The translations under genes and the position numbers were made by a program. From Patescibacteria group bacterium (lineage in GTDB: Bacteria > Patescibacteriota > Minisyncoccia > UBA6257 > Colwellbacteraceae), in contig JAKJEF010000002.1 of NCBI GenBank assembly GCA_022705565.1, positions 1-60,525 on the forward strand: 60,525 bases of DNA. The letters are read 5' to 3'. Of the stretch, positions 27,237-33,908 are shown piece by piece; the first letter of the stretch is position 1, and each line of letters starts with the position of its first letter. A model generated the notes under the pieces. It did no database searches. It was not told where the DNA came from and worked only from the letters and a program-made list of their open reading frames with translations.

Positions 27237-28472
27237 TTATCTCACAATCTTATATATCTTCCCCGCATTCCCCGCGGGGCCGGCTTCCCCGGACGTAAGA
27301 AGATACAATTCTCCATTTTTGTCTTCACCAAATCCCAAGACAAAAGAATCGATCTCTTTTGTCTGGGTTATGCTCCAGCCGTCGCTTTCTCCTTGAGCCG
27401 GCGGTTCGGCCACGAATATTTTTCCGGCGGCACTGGTGAAGCTTCCGCTCCAATCTCCGAAAACATACTTTCCGTACAAGGCGGGAATCTTTTCTCCCCT
27501 ATAGACAAAGCCGCCTATAAGAGATATGCCCTCCGTATGGCTGTATTCCAAAATGGGAGCCACCAATTCTTCTCCGTTGTAGCCGGTATTCCGGCAATCG
27601 GCCGGCGATTCATCGGGACTTTCGTGGCTGAAGCAGTGATTTCCTTCTTTGATGTTCCAGCCGTAATTTTTTCCTTTCTCGACAATATCGACTTCTTCCC
27701 ACAGATTCTGCCCCACATCGCCTACGAACAATTCTCCGGTCTTTCTGTCGAATGACATCCTGAACGGATTCCTGAATCCATAGGCGTAAATCGCGTTATG
27801 GAAAGGATTGTCCGAAGGAACTCCTCCGTTCGCGTCGATTCGCAGAATTTTCCCTAAAGGACTTTTAAGGTCTTGACCATTACCCATGGCCGGATGTCCC
27901 AAACCGAAATCGTCCGCGTTCCCGCCATCACCGACGCCGACATAGAGATAGCCGTCCGGCCCGAAGATTATTTCTCCGCCGTTGTGGTTAAATTGCGGCT
28001 GATCGATCTCCATAATGATTTTTTCCGAGTTCAAATCCGCCTTGTCCGGATTGCTTTCGGAAACCGTGAATTCCGAGATCCTGCTCGTATGATCGAATCC
28101 CGCGGGAGCGCCTCCCCGGAGCGGAGCGCTGTAATAAACATAAAATTTCCTGTTGGTTTCGAAATTTGGGCTGAAAGCCATTCCCAAAAGTCCGCGTTCG
28201 TCATAATTCTCCTGCAGCTCCACCAGATTTGCCTTCAAATCCAAAAACGGTTCATCCAAAACCTTTTTGTTTTTGATTATCTTGATCACGCCGATTCTGT
28301 CGGCGACGAACAGCCTTCCCGTGTCATCCGGCGACTCAACCAGTTTTACGGGAGAAACGAAATTATCGGCGACCAATTGTAAATTAAGCATTCCCGTTTT
28401 TTTTGAAGAATTGATAATAAAAAATAAAACCACTAACGCGACGGCGACAATTAGAATGTTTTTGTATTTCAT
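27237..28472 (-). CDS. Soluble glucose/sorbosone dehydrogenase-family beta-propeller (PQQ-dependent sugar dehydrogenase family)
   Basis: 411 aa with an N-terminal signal/anchor, HNGGEIIFGPDGYLYVGVGDGG and FRNPFRMSFD. Confidence 0.8.
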   Translation of the reverse strand: MKYKNILIVAVALVVLFFIINSSKKTGMLNLQLVADNFVSPVKLVESPDDTGRLFVADRIGVIKIIKNKKVLDEPFLDLKANLVELQENYDERGLLGMAFSPNFETNRKFYVYYSAPLRGGAPAGFDHTSRISEFTVSESNPDKADLNSEKIIMEIDQPQFNHNGGEIIFGPDGYLYVGVGDGGNADDFGLGHPAMGNGQDLKSPLGKILRIDANGGVPSDNPFHNAIYAYGFRNPFRMSFDRKTGELFVGDVGQNLWEEVDIVEKGKNYGWNIKEGNHCFSHESPDESPADCRNTGYNGEELVAPILEYSHTEGISLIGGFVYRGEKIPALYGKYVFGDWSGSFTSAAGKIFVAEPPAQGESDGWSITQTKEIDSFVLGFGEDKNGELYLLTSGEAGPAGNAGKIYKIVR

Positions 28473-28477
28473 GTTTT

Positions 28478-28846
28478 TTATTGAACAACGATTTTACCCG
28501 TCATAAATGGATGCGGCGCGCAGTGATAGGGATATTCTCCCGCCCGATCGAAAGTATGCGTATAGCTCTCGTTTTGGCCAAGTAGATCCGCCGCCAACTC
28601 ATTCCCGCTGTCGGAAACGACGTTATGTCTCACCGAATCCCTGTTTGTCCAGATGACCGTCTCGCCGACGGAAATCGTCAGTTCTTTGGGAGAATACGCG
28701 AAATTTTCTATAAAAATAGCGTTTTCCCCTTGCGGTTGCTGTATTTCTTCCGAGCCCGACCTTTGCGTTGTTAGCAAATAATAAGAAGCGATGCCGATAA
28801 CGGCGACGGCCACTATCGTAATCGCGATCCGTATGGATTTTTTCAT
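28478..28846 (-). CDS. Cupredoxin (plastocyanin/amicyanin-like blue copper protein)
   Basis: 122 aa with an N-terminal anchor. Type-1 Cu ligand pattern: H in VRHNVV, then C-x2-H-x2-M in YHCAPHPFM. Confidence 0.8.
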   Translation of the reverse strand: MKKSIRIAITIVAVAVIGIASYYLLTTQRSGSEEIQQPQGENAIFIENFAYSPKELTISVGETVIWTNRDSVRHNVVSDSGNELAADLLGQNESYTHTFDRAGEYPYHCAPHPFMTGKIVVQ

Positions 28847-28850
28847 GTTT

Positions 28851-29231
28851 TTATTTTGTTTTTTTCCGCCAGCCGACGATAACCGGCAGAAGAAGGGTCA
28901 GCGCGTAATAAAGATAGACGTCGGGCTTGTAATAATCGGTCGAATTGAAGAGTCTCACGATAAAGATATAATCCAAGACCATGGCCATCGCTGTCCAAAT
29001 AAGGCCGAGGTTCACATAATCTTTAAACGATTCCCGTTTGATTCTCTTCAGCAATACCCAAAGGCTCGCCACTATTCCGAGCGGCAAAACAAACCAGCCG
29101 ATCATATTTGAGGGAACGAGGTAGAAAAAAGCAATGCCCAAGATATATCCGAAAAACCACAGACCAAATCCCCACAACAACGTATTTACAAAAATTTTTC
29201 TTTTGCCTTCCTGTCGGTAATTTGTATCCAT
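28851..29231 (-). CDS. Hypothetical 4-TM membrane protein
   Basis: 126 aa and hydrophobic, located 4 nt upstream of the cupredoxin gene. Confidence 0.55.
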   Translation of the reverse strand: MDTNYRQEGKRKIFVNTLLWGFGLWFFGYILGIAFFYLVPSNMIGWFVLPLGIVASLWVLLKRIKRESFKDYVNLGLIWTAMAMVLDYIFIVRLFNSTDYYKPDVYLYYALTLLLPVIVGWRKKTK

Positions 29232-29401
29232 GATTTCATTATAACAAATCCGCCCTCGAATCTCCGATATTTCTCAAACATATAATTTGAAACTCCTTAA
29301 CAGGAGCTTGTTTTTTTGAAAATACCTAAATCACCGAGGGTTCGTCGAGCGCCCTCCCTTTTTTTCCGCCCGCCTCGCCTTAAACTGGAACGGGTACGAT
29401 T

Positions 29402-29557
29402 TTAAGTCTTTCTTTGAAAATCAGCCCAAAGTGATAACATGCCCAAGGTTAGAAAAAGGACCACCTCTATCCAATTCTGTTTTTGAAACGCCTGAAAAAG
29501 TGTTGCTCCAAAAAAGATTATAAACACCGTCAGATTAATAAATTTATATTTCCCCAT
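29402..29557 (-). CDS. Small 2-TM ORF (51 codons), below the ORF-track cutoff
   Basis: My translation is MGKYKFINLTVFIIFFGATLFQAFQKQNWIEVVLFLTLGMLSLWADFQRKT. Confidence 0.3.
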   Translation of the reverse strand: MGKYKFINLTVFIIFFGATLFQAFQKQNWIEVVLFLTLGMLSLWADFQRKT

Positions 29558-29597
29558 ATTTATATCTTAACAATTTTATTTTTGGCGGCAAATTCTT

Positions 29598-29999
29598 TTA
29601 AGGTTTTAATGTTAGCCCAAATAAAATCCCTAGCACTAACATTTCCACCAAACCCGTAACAAGCGAATAACCTAAAGTGCTTACCGGGACATTAAACGTC
29701 ATCCAAGAAGAAACGACCGACATTACAACACGAAAGAACCAAGCAATACCGGCGAAACTTAAACCTTTTAATAAACCTGTTTCCCCGGGCAAACTCTTGT
29801 AAAGCAACAAAAACAAACCGGCCATTATAAAACCATAAATGAGGTCTATTATTATTCCCGCGGGTGCGCTGATTGAAGTTTTGGCAATTGGTTTATAAAC
29901 CTCAAAAAGTTTCTTGGCGTAAGAATTGGCATTAATTACGCCGTCCATAGTTCCGAACAAAAATCCGCCAACTATGCTGGCAATAATGTATCTAATCAT
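29598..29999 (-). CDS. Hypothetical 4-TM membrane protein
   Basis: 133 aa in an AT-rich stretch. Its start overlaps the stop of the HTH remnant (ATGA). Confidence 0.55.
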   Translation of the reverse strand: MIRYIIASIVGGFLFGTMDGVINANSYAKKLFEVYKPIAKTSISAPAGIIIDLIYGFIMAGLFLLLYKSLPGETGLLKGLSFAGIAWFFRVVMSVVSSWMTFNVPVSTLGYSLVTGLVEMLVLGILFGLTLKP

Positions 30000-30115
30000 A
30001 ATTTTGAATTGGTTGTATGTATTATTTTAACAATTCTTCTATTGGTGGGTGTTGTATAGTTTATATCCGCTTTCTTGGCTAAATCGTCTTGTGTCAGGCC
30101 AAGTTTTGCCCGCAT
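29996..30115 (-). pseudogene. Truncated or degenerate XRE-type HTH ORF (39 codons)
   Basis: MRAKLGLTQDDLAKKADINYTT.. matches the first half of XRE HTH proteins (compare 278..481) and then loses the pattern. Its start lies 20 nt from the tRNA-Ser 3' end. Confidence 0.35.
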
Positions 30116-30134
30116 TTTCTTATCTTTTTCCAAC

Positions 30135-30224
30135 TGGCGGAGGGTACAGGATTTGAACCTGTGATCCCGTTTCCGGGAAACCGCATTTCGAGTGCGGCGC
30201 ACTAGACCACTATGCGAACCCTCC
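30135..30224 (-). tRNA. tRNA-Ser (anticodon CGA), CCA encoded
   Basis: Hand-folded cloverleaf: acceptor GGAGGGT/ACCCTCC, anticodon loop CTCGAAA, long variable arm (CCCG-GAAA-CGGG), T-loop TTCAAAT, 3' GCCA. Confidence 0.9.
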
Positions 30225-30231
30225 ATCAAAG

Positions 30232-30304
30232 TGGACCCGATCGGACTCGAACCGATGACCTCCACATTGCAAATGTGGCGCTCTACCAACTAAGCTACAG
30301 GCCC
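30232..30304 (-). tRNA. tRNA-Ala (anticodon TGC)
   Basis: Acceptor GGGCCTG/CGGGTCC with the G3:U70 pair, anticodon loop TTTGCAA, T-loop TTCGAGT. Confidence 0.9.
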
Positions 30305-30361
30305 GAAGGATCAGGATCATAATAGCGAGTTTTTACGACTCGGACAATAAGTAAATTCTTG

Positions 30362-30434
30362 TGGACCTAAGGGGATTCGAACCCCTCGCCTCTTCTATGC
30401 CATAGAAGCGCTCTACCAAATGAGCTATAGGCCC
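30362..30434 (-). tRNA. tRNA-Ala (anticodon GGC)
   Basis: Acceptor GGGCCTA/TAGGTCC with the G3:U70 pair, anticodon loop ATGGCAT, T-loop TTCGAAT. Confidence 0.9.
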
Positions 30435-30528
30435 ATCAAAACAATGTCTATTGTAAAGGATTTTCCGGGAAAAACAAATATAAACCGCTTGTAAACAAGG
30501 TTTCTAGAATATAAGCTGAAATGGAACA

Positions 30529-30615
30529 GGAAGCGTGCCAGAGTGGTCGAATGGGCCTGTCTTGAAAACAGGTATGCCCGAAAGGGCATCAGAGGTTCGA
30601 ATCCTCTCGCTTCCG
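30529..30615 (+). tRNA. tRNA-Ser (anticodon TGA)
   Basis: Acceptor GGAAGCG/CGCTTCC, anticodon loop CTTGAAA, long variable arm (TGCCC-GAAA-GGGCA), T-loop TTCGAAT. Confidence 0.9.
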
Positions 30616-30653
30616 CCCTATGTTTTTATTCATAAACGAATAGAATATAAGTA

Positions 30654-30992
30654 ATGGTTACTTTAAAACGGATTTACGAACCATACGGTAAAGGCGACGG
30701 CTTCCGGATCTTGGTCGACAGACTTTGGCCGAGGGGCGTGAGCAAAGAAAAGGCCAAAATCAATCTATGGCTCAAGGACATCGGGCCGAGCAATGAACTC
30801 CGCAAATGGTTTAATCACGAAGTGGAAAAATGGCCCGAGTTCAAGAAAAGATACAAGCAAGAACTCAAAAGCAAAAAAGAGCTCGTGGAAGAGCTGAGGA
30901 GCGCACATCGCAAGCACAAGACGATAACGCTCCTTTACGCCGCCAAAGACGAAAAACGCAACGAAGCGATAATCATCAAAGACTTGCTGTAA
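30654..30992 (+). CDS. DUF488 family protein
   Basis: 112 aa. RILVDRLWPRGVSKEKAKINLWLKDIGPSNELRKWFNH is the typical DUF488 pattern. Confidence 0.8.
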   Translation: MVTLKRIYEPYGKGDGFRILVDRLWPRGVSKEKAKINLWLKDIGPSNELRKWFNHEVEKWPEFKKRYKQELKSKKELVEELRSAHRKHKTITLLYAAKDEKRNEAIIIKDLL

Positions 30993-31000
30993 ACCAAAAA

Positions 31001-31023
31001 AGACTCTCCCCGCGGGAGAGTCT
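31001..31023. terminator. Bidirectional intrinsic terminator between convergent genes
   Basis: 9-bp stem agactctcc/ggagagtct flanked by an A-run (30995..31000) and a T-run (31023..31026). Confidence 0.75.
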
Positions 31024-31036
31024 TTTGATTCTCGAC

Positions 31037-32725
31037 TCAATAGTTCACGCAAGTGAAATCATTGGTTCCCCCTCTCCATCCGCCGTAGGAAGAACATCTA
31101 CTGACGCAAGTTTCTACATTGCCTACATATTGGCACCGCACTCCGGAAGCAAGAGATCCGCTAATTATGCTGCCGTTGTTGCAAACGCAAGTAAACGAAC
31201 CATTGATCGGAGTCTGGGTCGATGCCTGTATATTGACATATGAAGTGTCCGATTTGCCGATACTATTGTACGCGGAATTAGTCATATAGTCGGCATTCTG
31301 ATAATTAGACATCGCACCGATCTCGCTCGGTCTAAAACATCGCAGGCTTACTGCATACGTTCCGGCCGGGACACCGAGCGTGGAAAAACTAACGCTGGTA
31401 TTTCCGCTTATCGCAAGATTAGGTTTGGTCTCGTTCGTGCCCTGGAACCAGACGCGGCATCCCTGGAAATGAGACGAAACTTGCCAGCTTACCGAGAAAG
31501 TTTGGCCTTGTGTTATGGACGAAGGATAAACACTCGCAATTCTCACGGATTCGCTACTATCCGAATAATAAGAATAGGAAGAGCTCGAGGGAATCAAAAC
31601 CGAAACTTCGTTGGAGAAACCGCTTTCGCCGCTGGCGTTCACCGCCTTCACGCGATAATAGTAGGTTACGCCTCTTGCCACACTCGAATCGGTATAGTTG
31701 GTGAATTGGGTGGTGGCGAGTAAAGAAAGATTACCCGAAGAAGTTCCCCGATAAACCTTATAATTCTGGATCAAGCTTCCGCCATTATAGGGAGAATCCC
31801 AATTTAAAAGAGCGTAGCCGGAGCTGTTTTGGGCGGTCAAATTGGTGATTTGGCCGGGAGCGGAACTCGAAGTATTGGAACTGCTCGAGTCATAAGAATT
31901 TTGGTAGGTCGGTTCGTACGGATCGAGAACAGTCACATAATTATCGCTTTCATCGTAGATGTTGGGATTATTAGCGTCGGAGACTCTTATTCTTATTCGA
32001 CTTACTCCGGCGTAAAACGGATTATTGGGATCAACATACCATGACCGATAACCCAATCCGGCGTCGGTCTCACCATAACCGGATAGTGGTTCACAAGTAT
32101 ACGGCGGATTTAAACGTGGCGTATCGGCGCATTCGGTCACTATTACTTTATTGATTCCATTCGATCTCCAGGTAATGTTGTAAGTCTGGCCGGTGGTAAA
32201 AGTCTCTCCCCCATTCGGATAGATAACAGTAATATAAGGAATCGATGTCGACGCGGACGAAATTCCGCATCCGTAGAGCGCGTTTAATTTGGCTCTGGTC
32301 GAGCTACCCACGAAACCGGTTCCCCGCGTAAGTCCTACCGGAGAAAGGACATCCGCTCTGTATTTTTCCTGGAGCCTCGTGACAGCCGAAGCGGTTGACT
32401 CGTTGAACACGTTATCGGGATAGCTCAAAAGCCCTTCTTTCTGTAAGGCGGTTTCGAGCGCCAGAACATCCTGGCTAATAGTCCCGACTCCGAAATTGGT
32501 GCTGAAGTTGTAACACCAACCGGTCGCGGTTGCCGTCGTCTGCGTTGGTGTTTGGCGCAAAGACGACAATTGCTGTTGGAGTTGGCTGATCTGTTGCTGC
32601 AACGACTGCATTAATGTTTGTATTTCCGCAGCTGTCATGGCCGCTTCAGTTTTTGGCGGGTTAAAACCAAAAAGACCGAAAACAGCCAAGAAGGTTGCTG
32701 CTAAGAATATCTTTTTATGATTCAT
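31037..32725 (-). CDS. Secreted modular surface protein: PG-binding-like domain, FN3 domain, shared six-Cys C-terminal module
   Basis: 562 aa with a signal peptide and a Q-rich coiled segment. It has a peptidoglycan-binding-like repeat ([20 protein letters not shown]), one FN3 ([24 protein letters not shown]) and the C-terminus [31 protein letters not shown]. Confidence 0.75.
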   Translation of the reverse strand: MNHKKIFLAATFLAVFGLFGFNPPKTEAAMTAAEIQTLMQSLQQQISQLQQQLSSLRQTPTQTTATATGWCYNFSTNFGVGTISQDVLALETALQKEGLLSYPDNVFNESTASAVTRLQEKYRADVLSPVGLTRGTGFVGSSTRAKLNALYGCGISSASTSIPYITVIYPNGGETFTTGQTYNITWRSNGINKVIVTECADTPRLNPPYTCEPLSGYGETDAGLGYRSWYVDPNNPFYAGVSRIRIRVSDANNPNIYDESDNYVTVLDPYEPTYQNSYDSSSSNTSSSAPGQITNLTAQNSSGYALLNWDSPYNGGSLIQNYKVYRGTSSGNLSLLATTQFTNYTDSSVARGVTYYYRVKAVNASGESGFSNEVSVLIPSSSSYSYYSDSSESVRIASVYPSSITQGQTFSVSWQVSSHFQGCRVWFQGTNETKPNLAISGNTSVSFSTLGVPAGTYAVSLRCFRPSEIGAMSNYQNADYMTNSAYNSIGKSDTSYVNIQASTQTPINGSFTCVCNNGSIISGSLASGVRCQYVGNVETCVSRCSSYGGWRGGTNDFTCVNY

Positions 32726-32906
32726 GTTTTTTATATCGACTTTAAATTAAGATGATCCGACCCTTTGTTTATATGATAACATAACTTCCCCAGAGGCTCC
32801 CGAAAAAAAGACGTGGAACGCCGGTTTGAAAAAATGTGAAAGTCAGCGGCGGCAATTGTGCTATAATCAAATAAAGCGTCGATACATTAAAAATAAATAA
32901 ATCATC

Positions 32907-33047
32907 ATGTGGTTAATCATAGGCATTGTCTCGCTCGCGGCCTGGATCGCCGGCTTTTTTGTATTTAAGGTCGCCGGGCTCTTTATCCACCTGCTTCTCA
33001 TCGTGGCGGTGGTTTCTTTCCTTGTCCGCATAATCAAAGGAAAATAA
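32907..33047 (+). CDS. lmo0937-family small membrane protein (46 aa), below the ORF-track cutoff
   Basis: My translation is MWLIIGIVSLAAWIAGFFVFKVAGLFIHLLLIVAVVSFLVRIIKGK, which has the typical pattern of this small-protein family. TG-n-TATAAT lies at 32859..32867. Confidence 0.65.
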   Translation: MWLIIGIVSLAAWIAGFFVFKVAGLFIHLLLIVAVVSFLVRIIKGK

Positions 33048-33056
33048 ATAATTATC

Positions 33057-33392
33057 ATGGCAAAAATAACCAAAGCAAAAATCAAAAGCAGCGCCCGCAA
33101 AATTCGTAACGCGACCGAAGAACAATTCAACGAGATGGAGAAAAATTACGAGAAGCTCATGGGAAGCGTCAACAACATGAGCGCTCCAGGGCTTTTGTTC
33201 GTTTCTTTCATCGGAATAGCCATCATCCTCTTGCTCGACAGCGCCCTATTCGATCTTATCGGATTACTGGTATTGATTTATCCGTTCTACCTTTTCGTGC
33301 AGAAAACCGGACATCATGACGGTTATTGCGAAGGATATTACGATCACATGACCAAGGATAAAGACACCGGCAGGAGCGACAAAAAAGACTAA
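33057..33392 (+). CDS. Hypothetical 2-TM protein
   Basis: 111 aa with a basic N-terminus, two hydrophobic helices and a His/Asp-rich tail. Confidence 0.5.
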   Translation: MAKITKAKIKSSARKIRNATEEQFNEMEKNYEKLMGSVNNMSAPGLLFVSFIGIAIILLLDSALFDLIGLLVLIYPFYLFVQKTGHHDGYCEGYYDHMTKDKDTGRSDKKD

Positions 33393-33453
33393 ACTCGACA
33401 TCGTTCTGACTTGGGGATTTTTTCCTTTACCTGTTCTGTATTACAATTACACC

Positions 33454-33855
33454 ATGAAAAAAGGTTTCAAAAACAATATCGAGAAATTAACCCTTGAGAA
33501 CGACAATTTCCGAAAGGTCCTCTACACCGCCGGACACTGCCAGCTCGTTTTGATGAGCCTCAAGCCCAAAGAAGACATCGGCGTCGAGATCCATCCGGAC
33601 AACGATCAATTCTTCAGGTTCGAAGCCGGTCACGGCAAAGCGATCATCGACGGTAACGAATACGACCTCGAGGACGGCGACGCGGTCATTGTTCCGGCCG
33701 GAGCCGAACATAACATCATGAACGTTTCCGAAACCGAGGGATTGAAACTATACACCATCTATTCCCCGGCCCATCACAAAGACGGAATCGTGCGGCTGAC
33801 CAAAGAAGAAGCGATGGCGAACGAAGCGGATTTCGACGGCGTGACAACGGAATAA
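33454..33855 (+). CDS. Cupin domain protein
   Basis: 133 aa with cupin motifs (GVEIHPDNDQFFRFEAGHG ... GDAVIVPAGAEHNI). Confidence 0.75.
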   Translation: MKKGFKNNIEKLTLENDNFRKVLYTAGHCQLVLMSLKPKEDIGVEIHPDNDQFFRFEAGHGKAIIDGNEYDLEDGDAVIVPAGAEHNIMNVSETEGLKLYTIYSPAHHKDGIVRLTKEEAMANEADFDGVTTE

Positions 33856-33868
33856 CACCGGATTCAAA

Positions 33869-33894
33869 ATCTCCCCCGCTTAGACGGGGGAGAT
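33869..33894. terminator. Intrinsic terminator after the cupin gene (convergent junction)
   Basis: 10-bp stem atctcccccg/cgggggagat with a 6-nt loop, followed by a T-run (7 T after the stem, 33895..33901). Confidence 0.8.
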
Positions 33895-33908
33895 TTTTTT
33901 GTTTCGGC

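Noticed and set aside
29336-29365. A possible tRNA-Ser-derived att fragment. GAGGGTTCG..CCCTCC resembles the tRNA-Ser acceptor halves.
   Set aside because: The match covers only about 9 nt and 6 nt and has the wrong orientation for a direct repeat of the tRNA 3' end. It is equally well explained as a simple GC hairpin with a T-run. I kept it only as a note within the islet finding.
30116-30289. The N-terminal two-thirds of the 97-aa ORF 29996..30289.
   Set aside because: It runs straight through tRNA-Ser(CGA) and tRNA-Ala(TGC) on the same strand. Only the last 39 codons (the HTH remnant) could be coding.
32867-33130. Minus-strand ORFs of 87 aa and 70 aa.
   Set aside because: The plus strand encodes a 46-aa protein with the very characteristic lmo0937-family pattern, followed by the 111-aa gene, and a plus-strand extended -10 promoter lies upstream.
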